A DNA stretch of 64,000 bases, from assembly GCF_964204865.1 (NCBI RefSeq), contig NC_135253.1, positions 2,728,001 to 2,792,000 of the forward strand, read 5' to 3'. The DNA is from Styela clava (lineage: Eukaryota). The notes under the pieces were generated by a model. The model was not told the DNA's origin. It did no database searches and saw nothing but the letters and a program-made list of their open reading frames with translations. The position numbers and the translations under genes are program-made. Of this stretch, positions 1-14,035 are shown piece after piece; position 1 is the first letter of the stretch, and every line of letters starts with the position of its first letter.

Positions 1-1310
1 AATCAGCATAATCGTCTAAAGAACAGGGAGACTTCAAATTTGATTATTTAATATTTTTAAAATCAATGTTCAACTGAAATATTTCAGATATTTTGACAAA
101 AAATTTCGCAAACAAATTTGATTATTTCCACTCTCGAATCTAAATCTGGAAATATTATTGATTCTCGAATATATTCCATATTGGGCCATGGGTCGAAAGA
201 AACCATAACATTACACAAAATATAACGCATCTCTAGGTCTCTAAGCACTTATTGTATCAAACACTGTCAAATTTTGCCCTGTAGGGCATGTCCCACTGAA
301 CTCCGGTCCATTGTTCCCAAAGGAAACAAATATTTTCAGACCATCCCACGGCGAAATTCGGAAGGCACATCCACTCGTCAACGTTATGAATATTTTACAA
401 TGCACTATAGCTGAAAAATATCTGACGGTGGTTTGTCATGTTGGAAAGGCTAAAGTAAAAAAAAGAAAAAACTGGAATGATGAAATTTTAGTTTCAACCT
501 CCCAAAACCACTTTCACCCCATAACTTGCGCCGCTCTACCAGTACGTTGTCCGTTCGCGGGAACGTTGTAACTCACCGAAGGGCGGATTGAAACATCGAA
601 CCGTGGACAGGATTGCGGATATAGTATCAGTGTGAAAGCTGATTTTCCACTGTGCCCCATGTCCCAACGTGCCCCAATTTTTACGTTGAGGTAAGTGGGG
701 AAGGTTAAGACAATTTTTTCATTTGCATTTTTTGAGCTGTTTATTTTGCACATTCATTACGAGGATTAATGCGGGGCAAGGAAGTTTTTATTCAGCAACT
801 AAAAAATTCTCTTGCGACAGACATCTTACCACCAAAATGCTTTAAAAAACGTATGTCAAGTGTCCCACTGTCCCCCACTTGTGGGGTATATTCGGACAGA
901 CCCTGTAGCACAATAGGGTGTTCTGTTTAATTCAACGAAATATGCCCTTAAAAAAAAGCAAACAATATTCATCGAGAGAACGACAGACTTCAAATTTCGA
1001 AATTTAATATTTTTGAAATCAATGTTTAATCAAAATATTTCAGATATTTTTCAAAAATACTCCGTAAACAATTTAAATTACTTTCATTTACGAATCTGAA
1101 ACGGAAAATATTATTAGAAAAAAAGCTGGAAAGATGTACTTTTAGTTTCAACCCCCAAAAACAATTCACGTCGTAGCTTGTGTTGCTCTACACAGTCGTT
1201 GTCTGTTTGCGGGACTTTGTAACACATCTAATTGGGGATTCAAACATCGAACCACAGGCTGGATATAGTACGAGTGTGAGTGCTGATTTTTCACTGTGCC
1301 CAATATCCCA
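1..1310. repeat. Two diverged tandem copies of an unclassified interspersed repeat (approx. 1-700 and 930-1310)
   Basis: Blocks recur: gacttcaaattt...aaatcaatgtt...aaatatttcagatatttt at ~30-110 and ~985-1060; tttagtttcaacc...aaacatcgaacc...gatttt at ~487-660 and ~1141-1300. Confidence 0.6.
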
Positions 1311-1959
1311 CTTTCTTCACAGCCTACAGCGTTATGCAAAACGCGTCGCATGAACACCATATGCGTAAATGTCGTAATCGGACCTAGCATTGTTTTGCAA
1401 ACTTCAAAATCATTTACATTGTTTTTTGTTCATAAGCCGCTGAAATCGCGAACATATATTCTGCAATGAAATATGTTATAACTTATAAGTAAGGTAGGAA
1501 AGACGCTCGCACATATCTGGGAGATGTTTTTGTACAACCATCAAAATTATGCGACGTAACAAATAGGCAACTATTCAATTGAATCGTGCAACAACGTGAT
1601 GTAAGAACATTGGGAATTACAATATATTGTTTGCTTATTTGTTGCTGTTTATTTGAGACTCACTGCACTAAAGCACGTTTGATTTTACTGGAGAAAGACA
1701 CACAGGTGGGCCTAACTGTCCATATAGAACAATATCATCCATGGTTTTTCAGCCCACAATTGTTTTAACATTAACAATAACAATATTACTCTTAACTCAG
1801 TTCACTAAAGTTTGCACTGGAGATAAAAACACTATTGCTGGTTAAATCCACATTGAACAAATTAATTACTAATTACCATTGAAGATTTGTTAATTAGCCA
1901 TCGAGATACTCATCGTGACTGAGATTGGGAGATACGGTAGGTAAACAACACAATAGTTG

Positions 1960-4900
1960 TATATGTTAACATCTCAGCTGCAAGGTTAACTTATATTGTA
2001 GCATAAGTGTCAGCATGTTGTTTTAATACTGCTTTTAGTTAAGTGCTATAGACCTTATCGTGATTGAACTGGAATAAAAATAAATAGGCTCATGAGTACA
2101 TGATTGGAAAAAAGTTGGATGGAAAGTACCATTTATCCAAGGCAAATCTTATCAGAGGTGATTGGAATGCTAATGGCATAAGTGTTCGCTGTAATTTGAG
2201 CTAGAAGCATCAATCATTTTTATCATTGCAACTAGCAAGCTAAAAAAAAGCAACGAGTAACACTTATACAAGCTCACTCTTTCAATTTCTTCCCTGCTCT
2301 GCGGGTTTTGAATGAAGTCAGCAATAGAGTCTTGTGTATTTTGTTTTTGGGTTTCTGTCATAAAAGTAAAAAAATATAGAAAATATGTTTTAGATGTTGA
2401 TGAATACGCAGTGCCACTGCATTTGGAAATGCACAAGATTTAGCACAGCTCTCAATAAAAATGATACACTGACTAATTTAATAGATTATGGTCGACAACA
2501 AGTCGATGACCTGTCTGGAGTGGTCAATAGCATACGATCTTGAGGCAGATAATTTGTAGTATGGACAGATCACGGCAAAAATGTGGCCGACGATGCCTCA
2601 TGAACCTGTCCCCGAGCATCGACTTCCTTGTTTACTTCGTGACATTGGCCAATTAGCAAGATGCAAAAAGTGACGTAACAATGCTCCTTTTTCGCATTTG
2701 CTCAGACACTTTTCTCACTCAGACAGATTTTCAAGCGTGGTCGTAAACATTACCTCGTTTTCGTGTTTTTGAACTCTATTCGTTAGTTTTCAGTTGTGTT
2801 TCGGAAACTTAAATATAAATCAGATAATTCAATGATCCCTCCGTCTTCCTAGGAGTTTTAATTTAATTGCAGTAATAAAAAATTATTGTAGAAATAGCTA
2901 TGATAGACAATAGAATAGACTAAAATTCTCAACCGGTACTTCCAAAAAACAGATTATTGTATGCGATGAATCATATTGATGGTTTGAAACACATACCCCA
3001 TTTTACAGGCGTCAGCCCGCAAAAGCACTCTTAAAATAGACCGGAAAATTTTGCAATGGTAAAGCATTGGAAGAATTTTTCGGGGGTCAAAGGTTCATTG
3101 CCTTTAATCATCATCAAACAGATCAAGAATCAAATCAAATCACAAAAACAAAAAGGAAAACAAAAGTATATAACACACATTCAAATCCTATCACACATTC
3201 CCTCCCTTAAAATTTCATGATCTCCTGGTCATACTGTACACGCAAAGTATCAAAACTGGAGGTATACTAAAGTAACACTATCACAAAAATCAATCTTAAA
3301 ACGAAAAAATCGCTGGTAACCATATTTTGTATAAACGCCTCGAAATGTCTTCTGCAGTCTGACTTTATTAGCCAATACTGTAAGTATTCCAAAAAGAGTC
3401 AGTTACCACTAATAAGTAACTATTGTCGGAGCTCGCCGCGGGTAAAGCACAGACTACTTTAATCCAAATATTTTGCAGAAGCCGCAACTCGCTAGATGTA
3501 AGTGAAGGAGCTCTTGGATTTGTAGACGGAATTTTAGCTGATTCACAAACTTTACCACAATTATTATCAATACCCAAACGTTCGCCTTCGTGACAATTAT
3601 CATACGTCAAACGCACAATTTTATTTATCATTGATTCAGAAACCATCAACTGTAAATAAAACAAATCCAAAATTTCAGAATCACCCACTCTTCCATACAT
3701 AACGCGATTTTTAGGTTAATTTACCAAACTGGCCCAACAAATGTTTTAAAGTTGGAATCGTATGATTACCCGTTTTAAAAGAAAGCCATTAACATGAAAC
3801 AATCCAATGAAATACCACTGACAAATTTGGGTCAGTTTTTTGCATTGCACTCAGATTGCAAATCTGCTCAACCCAACTCTCGACAAAAATCTTTGGAGTT
3901 TCTCGTTACCCCTCGTATGTCAAAATCTATCCTCCACGGAAAGTCCAAACGAGCACACATTTCAGAAGATGTCTTTCGACTGATTGCGACTGCATTTCCA
4001 TGCTTCACAAAGCGGTGGTTGCTGTCTAAACATTTATTATTTGAAGTACTTCGAAATTTGCACATTGACGAACTTCACTGGGGCATAGGCACTTCTAACA
4101 GCAACCGCCGCTCTTTCTTTGCCCTGCACGACAACGTCTGCAATTTTTGTGCGTGGAAAATTGTTCAATCGCGATTCAAAATATTTTCGCGGTTACACCT
4201 ACCGAAGCTATCTCCAATTTTATTGCAACACGGTCAGTCTCTTTCAAAATGTCTAACATTATTATCTCGATAGACTCATCGGCAGTTGTGTATTGAATCG
4301 TTGGATCCCCGGGGCTCTCTCAAGTGCTTTTTTGCTTTGATCCAACCTCTCAAACCTCATTTTTATTTCATGACGCATGCTCATAATTTTTTTTAAAATG
4401 GAATCTCTCTCCTCATTTAATTCGCAACTAGACTTCGCTGTTTTTGATACATTGATATAATTAATCGCAATCTCATCATTCGGATCACTGTCTCCGGTTG
4501 CCATAGATAGTCATATTCTAACGGCTTCATGAAAATCCATGCGCTTTCTTTTGCAGTTGTTTTCTGTATTATGTGAACAGTTGCCCTATTAGAAAATCTT
4601 CTCATTAAATAAGGTACAAAATCTGGTTTTCGATATCACTATAGCAACTAACCCCCAAATGTACCCCATTTCATGTTGAAATCATCAAAACAAAGTTAAT
4701 TTTTCCCAAAATTTGAACAAAGACTTTCGTAGGAATCAAATTACACCAGTTTTAAGAACATAACATGTTCCACCCAGTCATTATCAAATTAAAATTTATA
4801 TTCTCAAGAACTTTGGCACTGATTGAAATAATTATACCTAAGTTGCCATCCGTACGATGTACATAATTACCCTTATTGAGATAATAGGAGTTTCTGTATA

Positions 4901-6830
4901 TAACGTGAATCACGAGCTCGCGTTTACAGTTTTTAATTAGATTTATGATCAACGTATAAATACGACTCGATATCTTTCAATGTTAAGCTAGTCTGGATAA
5001 ATGTTTTAAGATTTGTATTCTGTGTGTTGTGGAAATCTACGAATAAAAACATATAGAGATTTTTAACGCATCTTCATTCACGTGGGCATTGGAGCTGAAG
5101 GGTGAACGGGCGACTTGCAAGTCAGAGACAATCTACGAAATAGCAATATACGGTGACATCATATTCATTTACCAATCATACATGCTATAAATGGAAACAT
5201 ATATGCTATACCACGATCGGACTGATTAAGATAAGTCAATATCTCTGATTCGGTTAATCAAAATATACTCTTGGCTGCTTTCATTCTCCTTCTGGATCTT
5301 ATTAAACAGTTCCTGCCTCGACTTATGCAAACACGATGTCCCAGATGCACTCGACCTCAAATCTAAACAAATAATCTTCATATGCTTTCTCGACTCTGGT
5401 GACGCATCCACACCAGCGCAATAAGAATCGAATCCCCTCTTAAATTGCCCAAAATCTTCTTCTTAGTAACATTACACTAATCGCATATCTCACGCCGTAG
5501 TGATATTTTTCAGCTCTTAAGCTGCGAAAATATTTAATTGCTATTGTAGAAAAATGCAAAAGCTCATCTTTGTATGTCAGCTTTATTTCCTAGTGAAAGC
5601 TTTTCCTCCAAATTATGAAACTGTGAAACTCCCTGCGCGAACACTCCACTCGTGAATTTTGGGTCACAACATTGTAGCACAGAAATTTTCGTATTACATC
5701 TACCCTCGAAATTTGCCTGACTATGAGCACAAAATATGCAGTGATTACCTTGCATGAAAATATGGCAAACAAAAAAAAATACATATTTCTGAAAAGGAAT
5801 GGCGATATATATATCACGGTACGCGCACCGTTTGATCTGATGTGCCAGACAATGGGTATTTCTCTTGTTTTCAATGCATAGGAAGAAACGGAATCGGAAA
5901 CAATTTTTAAACCTAGCGGATTAGGCCTTTTTTGACATTATATGCAGTTTAAGGCGAACACCACACTCGTTTTTAAACTGGTATTTAAAGACCGGCTAAC
6001 ATTATGCCGAACGTTCAAAAGTATCCGTTCCACATTGTTTATCTATGGAGCTGATGAAATAAATGACTTTCTCGCGAAAGTTTTGCTTTCTCCAGCTATA
6101 GGTTTGAACAGTTGCTACAAAAACATAGGATTTAAATGTTTTCTTGCCTGGTACTTTGTCAGGCTTCGTGAAATGTATCAAAACGTACGAGCACACATAA
6201 ATAAAATATCGACCACTCGCCGTGTCCACTTGTAATGTTGTCTTCATATTGCAATTGTAGTGCATTCCGCGCATAAGGGTGCTAATAACTCTTCACTATT
6301 TGGGAGCAGGACATTTCTCTTGTTTTGCGTGGGAAAATGTATATTTACCAGTTAAATATTCTAGCGTCACCACCATATCGTTGACAAAACTTGATTGTAA
6401 TTTTGATAGTATCTAAGTAAGATTCACCTTGATCTTTTGGTGCAACCTCGTAAACATGCGGATGTCATATTTTAAGTGCATGCAATTCTTTAACGATCCA
6501 TAGCCGCTCATATTTTTTAGATATTTTTATCTATCGTGCATGATTGCCACCAGGTATATTCATGTCGAAGATAAATAAAACACAACCGGTGTATAGCAAA
6601 ACGACGTAATTTGCCGACTTTTCGACTTTCTATCCAGAAAAACTTCATCAAGGCATGATATGGAAAGCACAGTATCGTAAATATATATATATAGAACAGA
6701 AAAAAGAAAAAGGCCGGACTCGTGAAGTAAACTACAAATGTCGTGTTTCACAACATAGGGATAAAATGCGGGTCTTTCTCGACTTCTGACAGGACGATTT
6801 TATCTGGTTTCCTTCAAAACTGGATCAAAA
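1960..6830 (-). mobile_element. Degraded Ty3/Gypsy LTR retrotransposon relic (LTR/UTR, gag remnant, integrase remnant)
   Basis: ORF 3368-3700 resembles integrase (..LQLMVSESMINKIVRLTYD..LGID..NSYLLVVTDSF). A gag remnant at 4230-4500 matches the CCHC-bearing paralog at 19467-19790. Minus-strand purine tract AAGGGAGGGAA followed by TGTGTGA at ~3209-3191 fits a PPT/LTR start. Confidence 0.65.
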
Positions 6831-6876
6831 TAAAATCCTTTAGTATGTTTAGGTCGGTTGAAATGAACGTTTAGAG

Positions 6877-7269
6877 CAGGGGTCGGTAACCTTTTGTCGC
6901 TCGCGGGCCAAAATTAAGGTTGCAAGTCATTGGCGGGCCGAACATATTTTTAGAAAGTTGATACATCTCTCGAATAGAATATAGATTTATTTCCTCATTA
7001 CATCTCATAAAATCCCATTTGAATATTTTCAGCGCCATTAAACCATTTGCACTTAGCATCAACTTTTCTGCGTTTTGTTGCCATTTGCTTAATTATAACT
7101 AAATTATATGCTCATTAAAAGAGTAATTGTAAATTATATAATTGTTAGGTTATAATATAATTTCGTCTAAAGAATATGTTCGTTTAAACGGATGTTTTGT
7201 TACTATAATTTAGTGAAGCGTCGAGGGCCGGATTATAGTGCTCCGCGGGCCGTAGGTTGCCGACCCCTG
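6877..7269. mobile_element. hAT (Charlie/Buster-type) MITE
   Basis: TIRs caggggtcggtaacc / ggttgccgacccctg; perfect 8-bp TSD GTTTAGAG; related inverted copy at ~28217-28705. Confidence 0.85.
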
Positions 7270-7735
7270 GTTTAGAGTTTTACCACTGCACAAGCTATAT
7301 ATATTAGTAAACTTGCTACACTTCAAAGATCATTTCGTCTAGTATAAGATAGACAGTTTTTAGTGGAGTAAGCAGTTTTCAATGCCATTCGTTGTATTCT
7401 GTTCCGTCTAACAACCCAATACCACGAAGTTGCAAGATAGATAGACAACGTTTAAGCCGAGAGAGATCAAGTCACCATGAACAGACAAACTACATGGACA
7501 TAAAAGAGAGTTACAAGGTGATGAAGTTTAAAAAATAATTTTTGCAAGTATATATATATATGTGACAAAAGAATATTGCGAAAATCATAGTAAAACTGAT
7601 TTGGGTTGAAGAAGTCAGTTCAGATTAATAATACATAATATATTTTCAAATTTGCTTTAATTATGGGAGATTATTTGTATGTTAAATTAAGGTAACCACG
7701 ACGTCATCAAATAGATGATAAAAGACGTCATCACA

Positions 7736-9844
7736 TTAGATGTACAGATCATAACACACTCCCTTGATAAATTCGACTCTCATATTGATGTAGATATACC
7801 AAGTCTGAGGGTGAACTCGGATAAATCGACAAGTGATTGGTTTTGGGAACATGTTGATTACCTTGGTGTCTACGTCAGAATTTCCTGCAAATATCTGGAG
7901 AAAACATAGAGGTGAACTGGTTTCATAATATGAAATGTATTTATTAAAATGGTTTGCTCCTAGCATAAAAGGCTTAATCGAACTATTTGCACATTCTACG
8001 TTTCTTCATCGGGTCTCATATTGTTTCATTATGCCAGTGAAAGGACAAAACGCTAAATATCAATATTCATTTTAGATAAAATTTAAATATATTTTCAATG
8101 ACTCCACAGAAGACGAACAAAATCTGCGTGCAATACAAGCAGTTAAGAAAAAAATAATTGAATTAATAAATTTATCTCAGCTTCCAGTTTCTACAAACTA
8201 TCGTCTACCTTTCATATATTTTTGAAAGACATTTTCGTGCGCTTCGGGTCAAAAAACAATTATCACATTTTCCCCAAAATGTTCGCAAAAATCACATCCT
8301 GGGCGACGCAGGAACAAGGGTACAGCTACCTAACTTACCAGTACCGGTAGACTACCCTAGCTTTTCCAGGCCCAGTGGCGATGATGATTTATGCATCTAT
8401 TCTCATCGTGAACCGAAATACCGAATGATTCGAGTCACACTTGCAGTATCAAATCTTTTACAGTATCTGTAGCCTTGCGTACCTTATTATCTTACCATCT
8501 ACCTTCAGCTTATCAAAAGCTCTCGTTTTCGCTGACCAGGGGTTCGGTGACATACGATCGCGGAAATGCCACAAGTAAATTTAGATGACGTCACCATAAA
8601 TATTTTTTGAGTGAAAAACGAATTCCATAGAGCTCAAGGAAAATCATGAAATGAATAAAAGCAATAGCTTTCTAGCGATAACAACAATCTTTTACCACAG
8701 AGAATTTTAAATTGGTCCGGTAGTTGGAGAGAAAAGCGATTTTTCACGACTACTTGTAAATGAATAGCAACAACAATATCATAATAACAAAACGATCAAC
8801 CGTGTCCAATGAAAAGAATCACCGCAATAATGAGAATGTGAAGTGTCTTTAAAGTACCTTTTCTACCCCACTCTCTTGGATGGTAGCCAGAGAACTAGTG
8901 CTGAGACCACAAAATACTGCGAAAGACGCCACCCATTGTGCAACGGCATCTCTTCCTTGTGTAATTATTCCACCAACTAGTTCCGATCTTCCGAAGTCTA
9001 CTTGAAGCCATTCGCCCTTTTGATCTGGCCGTAGAAAATCAAAAATGTACGTGATTTATTACATTCATATAAAGTTTATTTATTGTTTTATTTTCTAGTA
9101 CTAAAACTAACTGTTTTTTAAATAATAACAAAAAATAAAAGTTCGTACACATAAAAACTTAAAATGTCAATGGAAGATAAAATTTGACATTGTCGATATT
9201 TAGACCATGCTTCTGTAACAGAGCGAAAATAAAATAATGCAACAATTTTATATGATTGTATGTTTTATATGATTGTATTTTGAATAAAGTTCAATGAAAA
9301 AAAAATTTCCCAAATAATTCAAAAGACAAATGGCATTGGAATACTTACTTCTTGGCAAAGCGTCAATGATCTGATTTATCTTTGTAAGTGAATCTTAAAA
9401 AAGTATGAATTCGTGACAGTCATAGATAGAATAGAATCAATAGATTATTATATTTATGCAAACCATTCGTTTTCGCTGGGTGATGCGCATGAGCATGGGT
9501 CGTTTACAGAAAGTCATGCATTTGGAACAACTTGTTATAATTTCTTATTGAAGCGATGATAATAAATAGATATATAAGTCTATGTGTGACCATGATAAGC
9601 CTTCACCTTCAAGTTCTCTAATTCTTTCTTCTAGATTCTCAGCAGTTCCCTGTTCGCCCTTTTGGCCCTTCGCCCCTGTCGGTCCTATTTCACCAGGACT
9701 GCCTTGACATTGGCTCGAATCACAAATCAGCTGACCTGCGTCTCCATTTGCCACAACATGCGAGCAGAATTCATACACTGTTGGCATGTGACAGCTGGCT
9801 AAGTGTAGGAAAATGACAACGCAAAAAGCGAAAGTAATCTTCAT
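7736..9844 (-). CDS. Secreted collagen-stub + F5/8 type C (discoidin) protein, lactadherin-like; exons 9844-9607, 9393-9349, 9024-8858, 7894-7736 (202 aa); discoidin N-terminal part absent, may be a pseudogene
   Basis: Signal peptide MKITFAFCVVIFLHLASC; Gly-X-Y run GSPGEIGPTGAKGQKGEQG; short coiled coil; discoidin motifs GEWLQVDFG..VGGIITQGR..QWVASF and IFAGNSDVDTKVINMFPKPITCRFIRVHPQTW..MRVEF; GT-AG boundaries in compatible phases (1,1,0). Confidence 0.8.
8270..8810 (+). repeat. Interspersed repeat in the discoidin gene's last intron; related inverted copy at ~33000-33320
   Basis: Shared blocks (gacgtca..., gagctc..aaaat..aatgaataaaag, aattggtcc..gagagaa..gcgattttt, aaacgatc..cgtgtccaa) appear reverse-complemented at 33000-33310. 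Confidence 0.5.
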
Positions 9845-10683
9845 ATTCGCTTCGGAAAAAATTAAATGAAACGAATCGAATGTATTTCAAATATCAGCAT
9901 TAGATATTAAAACTTTATACCAATAACGATTTATATACGCGGTGTGAGATTCATATCCAAGCTCCATAATTAGTCCTTTGCGAAAAAATGACTTCAAAGG
10001 AATTCTGCTAAGTTAATCCCACAAATTAACGAACGGACATGCTAACGTGAACTGCTTTCGTTATTGCGCTAAACAAGACCCATAGATTTGAAAACTTCTC
10101 TAACACTCGGCCTATTAGTGATTTTTGTAAACTGCTTGTCAGAAGAAGTCTGATTTTGATCAGACGAAACGTTACAGAAATATATTTGTGTTAGTGTGCA
10201 GCAGGACTCTTGAATTGCACATTATGGCATTTTTATTCCTGCTACAGCAACCTTGCATTATACACATACGGATCCAACCTCTACTGATAGTTGTAATAAA
10301 AGGGTTGTGATATTAACATCTGGTTCCGTTATCTTTGCATCCGCGAGTACTTGTGAACCGCACCCAGGAAGTTTGCATATGCATACTTTTCAACCCACGG
10401 ACATTTGTGCGTAAAGAAATTTGTACCTGTACGCCAGGATTCATGAGGTCATAAGGCAAGAGCCATAGCCATATATGATGACGGCATATGGCTCCCAGAA
10501 AAATCTGATATTCCAAGGCTAAAATTACAATTGTTACTACCAGATTTCAAACTATATAGTTATAGCCAAATTTGGGAGAACATTTGCCAATACGCTTGAG
10601 AACACGCGCTCAGCGCTTTTCTATGTTATGGTAAGAGAAGTGCCAGACAGGCATTGTGACAAAACTAGGTTATTCTGGAACAT

Positions 10684-10870
10684 GGTTCCATTACATTTGA
10701 ACCCACGTACATTTGACCCATGACAATTGCACCTGTATGCTATTGCACCTATGGAATTTTTTTTTGTTTCACGGATAGTTAAACCCATACTAACCCTAAC
10801 CCATGGGTTTTAGCACCCGCATATAGATTGAACCCGTGGATATACGCATGGGTTCAAATGTACGGTCACC
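10684..10870. mobile_element. Small MITE with 9-bp TSD (Mutator-like)
   Basis: TIRs ggttccattacatttgaaccc / gggttcaaatgtacggtcacc; flanking direct repeat CTGGAACAT on both sides. Confidence 0.75.
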
Positions 10871-11346
10871 CTGGAACATATTTTGTGATATCACGAAACG
10901 ATAAAGTTGCGAAGCATAAAAGAAAAGCCTTTCGTCCGTTTGTACTGCTTATTTGTAATGTTTGAATTATTTCAGGAACTACGGATAAGCTTTAAAGAAA
11001 GAAAGGCGATGAGTATTGTGAAGTTCAACATGTGTGGGACGTGAACAGTCGTTCAAGGACGACAACATGCAGCATCAGAAGTCATATTAGAAGTTTATTG
11101 AAACATTGTATGTGTTGACTTTTGAGTAAAAATTTAAGACATGATTAAGGAAAGGAAACCGCTGTATGGCTCGCACGGAAATGCAATTGAAAATATGTAC
11201 CTTTTTTGACTATGCTAATGATTCGGTTTCTGCGAGACTAACTACTTATCCTCCTTCTATTCTTTTGTGCCGGCGGATCCGTATGACTATCTCGGCCAAA
11301 AAGGTTCTCGACCCCTGTCATAAGGTATAAGTGCCAGCTGGCCAAG

Positions 11347-11705
11347 TCAGCTGACTTGCGTCTCCATTTGCCACAACATGTGAGCAGAATTCATACACTG
11401 TTGGCATGTGACAGCTGGCTAAGTGTAGGAAAATGAAATATTTGCTCGGAAAAACATAGAATGAAACAAATCGATTGTATTTCAAATATCAGTATTTAAT
11501 ATTTGAAAATTCTATACCAATACCGTTTCATAGACGAGGTGTGAGATTCATATCCAAGTTCCTCCTCCTCTGTAAAAAAAAAATGACTTCAACAAATTTC
11601 TACTAAGTTAATCCCCCAAGTGAACGAACGGACATGCTAACGTGAACTGTTTTCATTATCGCACTGAACAAGACCGTTAAATATTCAAAAACTTCTTTAA
11701 CACTG
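11347..11705 (-). pseudogene. Partial duplicate of discoidin-gene exon 1 and upstream region, start codon deleted
   Basis: Near-identical to 9727-10105 (tctccatttgccacaacatg..gtgacagctggctaagtgtaggaaaatga..gtgtgagattcatatccaag..gaacggacatgctaacgtgaactg) but lacks the segment holding the ATG. Confidence 0.75.
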
Positions 11706-12314
11706 TGCCTTGCGATGATGATACCTTGCGATTTCATTTATGTACAATGGGTTTAGTATTAAATCCAGATAGTACTTCTGACATAAGCATTCATTTATAC
11801 AATTACACCAGATGTGTCCGTGTTACTTCGTTTGTTTTTACTTACTCGAAACCTGTCTAAAAACGTTAATTCCATCATAAGCGTGTTTGCAAATTTCTGG
11901 CAATTAATTAAGATAATTTGTTCAAAAGTACATGACGCCACACAACTCATGTTCGTGCCGATTGAGTTTACTGACATATCAACAAATGTGAACATATATA
12001 TAACCGTAGTATGTGTGCACCAAATAGTACAGCTACAGGTATTTGTCCAGCTTAATAAATGAAGTATCGGCAGTAAAACATTTTGATCTCCTAAAATTTG
12101 AGCGCGACTTCAACAAGTTATATGGCATTGCCCCCAACAAAGAGGTATGTGTACCATCGCAGTCACGAGGTAATAAAATCGTTTCTAATACTGACTTCAA
12201 TAAAATAATCTCAGATGTTGCCACAGCTGAAACTTTATTTCAGTATAAATATAGGTTTTTATACCAGTCAGGTGGTGTCGGACTAATGCACGGACTTTTA
12301 ATATACAATATCCA

Positions 12315-12484
12315 CAGTGGTGGGATTCAAATTTTTTGTCAGCCGGTTCCATCCATACAAAAGTCATATTTTTCAGCCGGTTCTGTTACAAAAAGTCATG
12401 TTTTTTTCAGTAACGCTAACCGGTACGCTGATCTCATATAATTCCATAAGACGGTTCTATAGGACTGGCTGAATCCCACTACTG
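12315..12484. mobile_element. hAT-type MITE
   Basis: TIRs cagtggtgggattca / tgaatcccactactg; 8-bp TSD AATATCCA/AATATACA. Confidence 0.75.
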
Positions 12485-12840
12485 AATATACATGATTATT
12501 GTTAAAAATGACTTGGTTATATGTTAAGTTCTATACCCAAGCTATTATAGAATAAGGGTTCAACTGAATACGCTTACACTTCTTTACTACACCAGCATAA
12601 CACACAACATGAGATGCTTACAGCAACAGAACAAACTAGGGAGTGATGCAACTGCGACACGTTAGCACTAGACAGACTAGACTAGAACATCATTCGAAAT
12701 CAGAGGGTTATCATTGTCATTGGCAACCGGAAGGTTATTCGGCTTATAGTCAGACAAGAATGGAATATTTGGTACCTATTTTTCGATACTACAACTTTCA
12801 TCAGGACGGATATGAACTCGATTACGTCTATATGTAACAC

Positions 12841-13650
12841 TAGGGATGTAAGTTTGAGAATTTTGAATCGAAGCGATTCGAATCAACATCGATTCGAAGC
12901 AATTTGAGGAAAAACGGCTTAATTCTATTTAAAAAATTATTAATTTATATAACACGAGGCGGCTGCACGACGCAACAGCGTTGTCTCATCATCGAACAAA
13001 AACCCTACGCTTACAGCGTTTCTAAGTCGTAACACTCCACATCACTTCATATGGGTCACTGCCTCAGAAGGAGCAATGGTTTCGTTAAATTGTTTTTAGA
13101 CTATTCAAATGTTAAGAAGTTCTACAAATATTTTTTTATATGAATATGTCTTTAAATTACTTAAGTTATATAATGTCATTATATCAACAACAATATTACG
13201 CAATAAAACATAGGTCTGCGATGCTTTCCTCGTTATCATTTGCTTTCTTTACAATCACGACGCAAGCGGTACTAACGCATATTTCACTGACGTTTATCAT
13301 TAGGATGAATTTTAGAAGAAACCATCACTATACATCCGGTATTGTTTGCGAACATAAATTACTGTAATAAGTAAATATAACTGATTGTAACTCTATATAG
13401 AAATAATACATATTCTCTAATATATTATGTAGTTGAAGCATCAATTTAATGTTTTCTTCAAACTTTACTCATACCTCAAGTTCATTATTGTTATTTAATC
13501 ACTCTTTATGCTATAGTTCTTTCAAATCTAAGGAGAGTTAACGATAATATGATGTTATACTAAATAGAATCAGATTCGAAAATATTCGAATCCGAACATT
13601 CCGATTCGGAATTCGATTCGAAAATAAAATATTCGAAACTTACATCCCTA
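12841..13650. mobile_element. Non-autonomous hAT element (TAGGGATG termini)
   Basis: Perfect 15-bp TIR tagggatgtaagttt / aaacttacatcccta with subterminal (ga)ttcga repeats; TSD degenerate. Confidence 0.75.
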
Positions 13651-14035
13651 TGTAAGTGATGTAACACCATTCTTCGATTTGACAATGTAAGATCCTGTAG
13701 CAATTCGTTTCACAATAGTTTCTCTATTCCATCCCTTCCGTTCTGGTTGTTTGGTTTCGTAATTGTAGGTATAATCGATCTGGTTGATCGACCAAACATC
13801 AGCTTTGAAGGACTACTGGAAAAGTCTTGACGCGGCGTATTTCTTATTTCTAGAAGAGCTAGAAATTGATTGAGCGAATTTCAGATACCGCAGCCACCAT
13901 GTTAATAATGTCTTGGTTATATGTTAAGTCCTATATCCAAGCTATTATGGAATAAGGGTTCAACTGAATACGCTTACACTTCTTTATTACACCAGCATAA
14001 CACACAACATAAGGTGCTTACAGCAACAGAACAAA

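Noticed and set aside
3794-4273. 159-aa ORF (and the 148-aa paralog at 19574-20020) as host genes
   Set aside because: Both are antisense to decayed Gypsy gag/pol sequence, and their similarity reflects the shared repeat
10790-10803. Interstitial telomere repeat (taaccctaaccc)
   Set aside because: Only two units, located inside a MITE
11780-12300. Overlapping ORFs 11814-12441 as a gene
   Set aside because: No recognisable domain or splice structure; the longest ORF runs into a MITE
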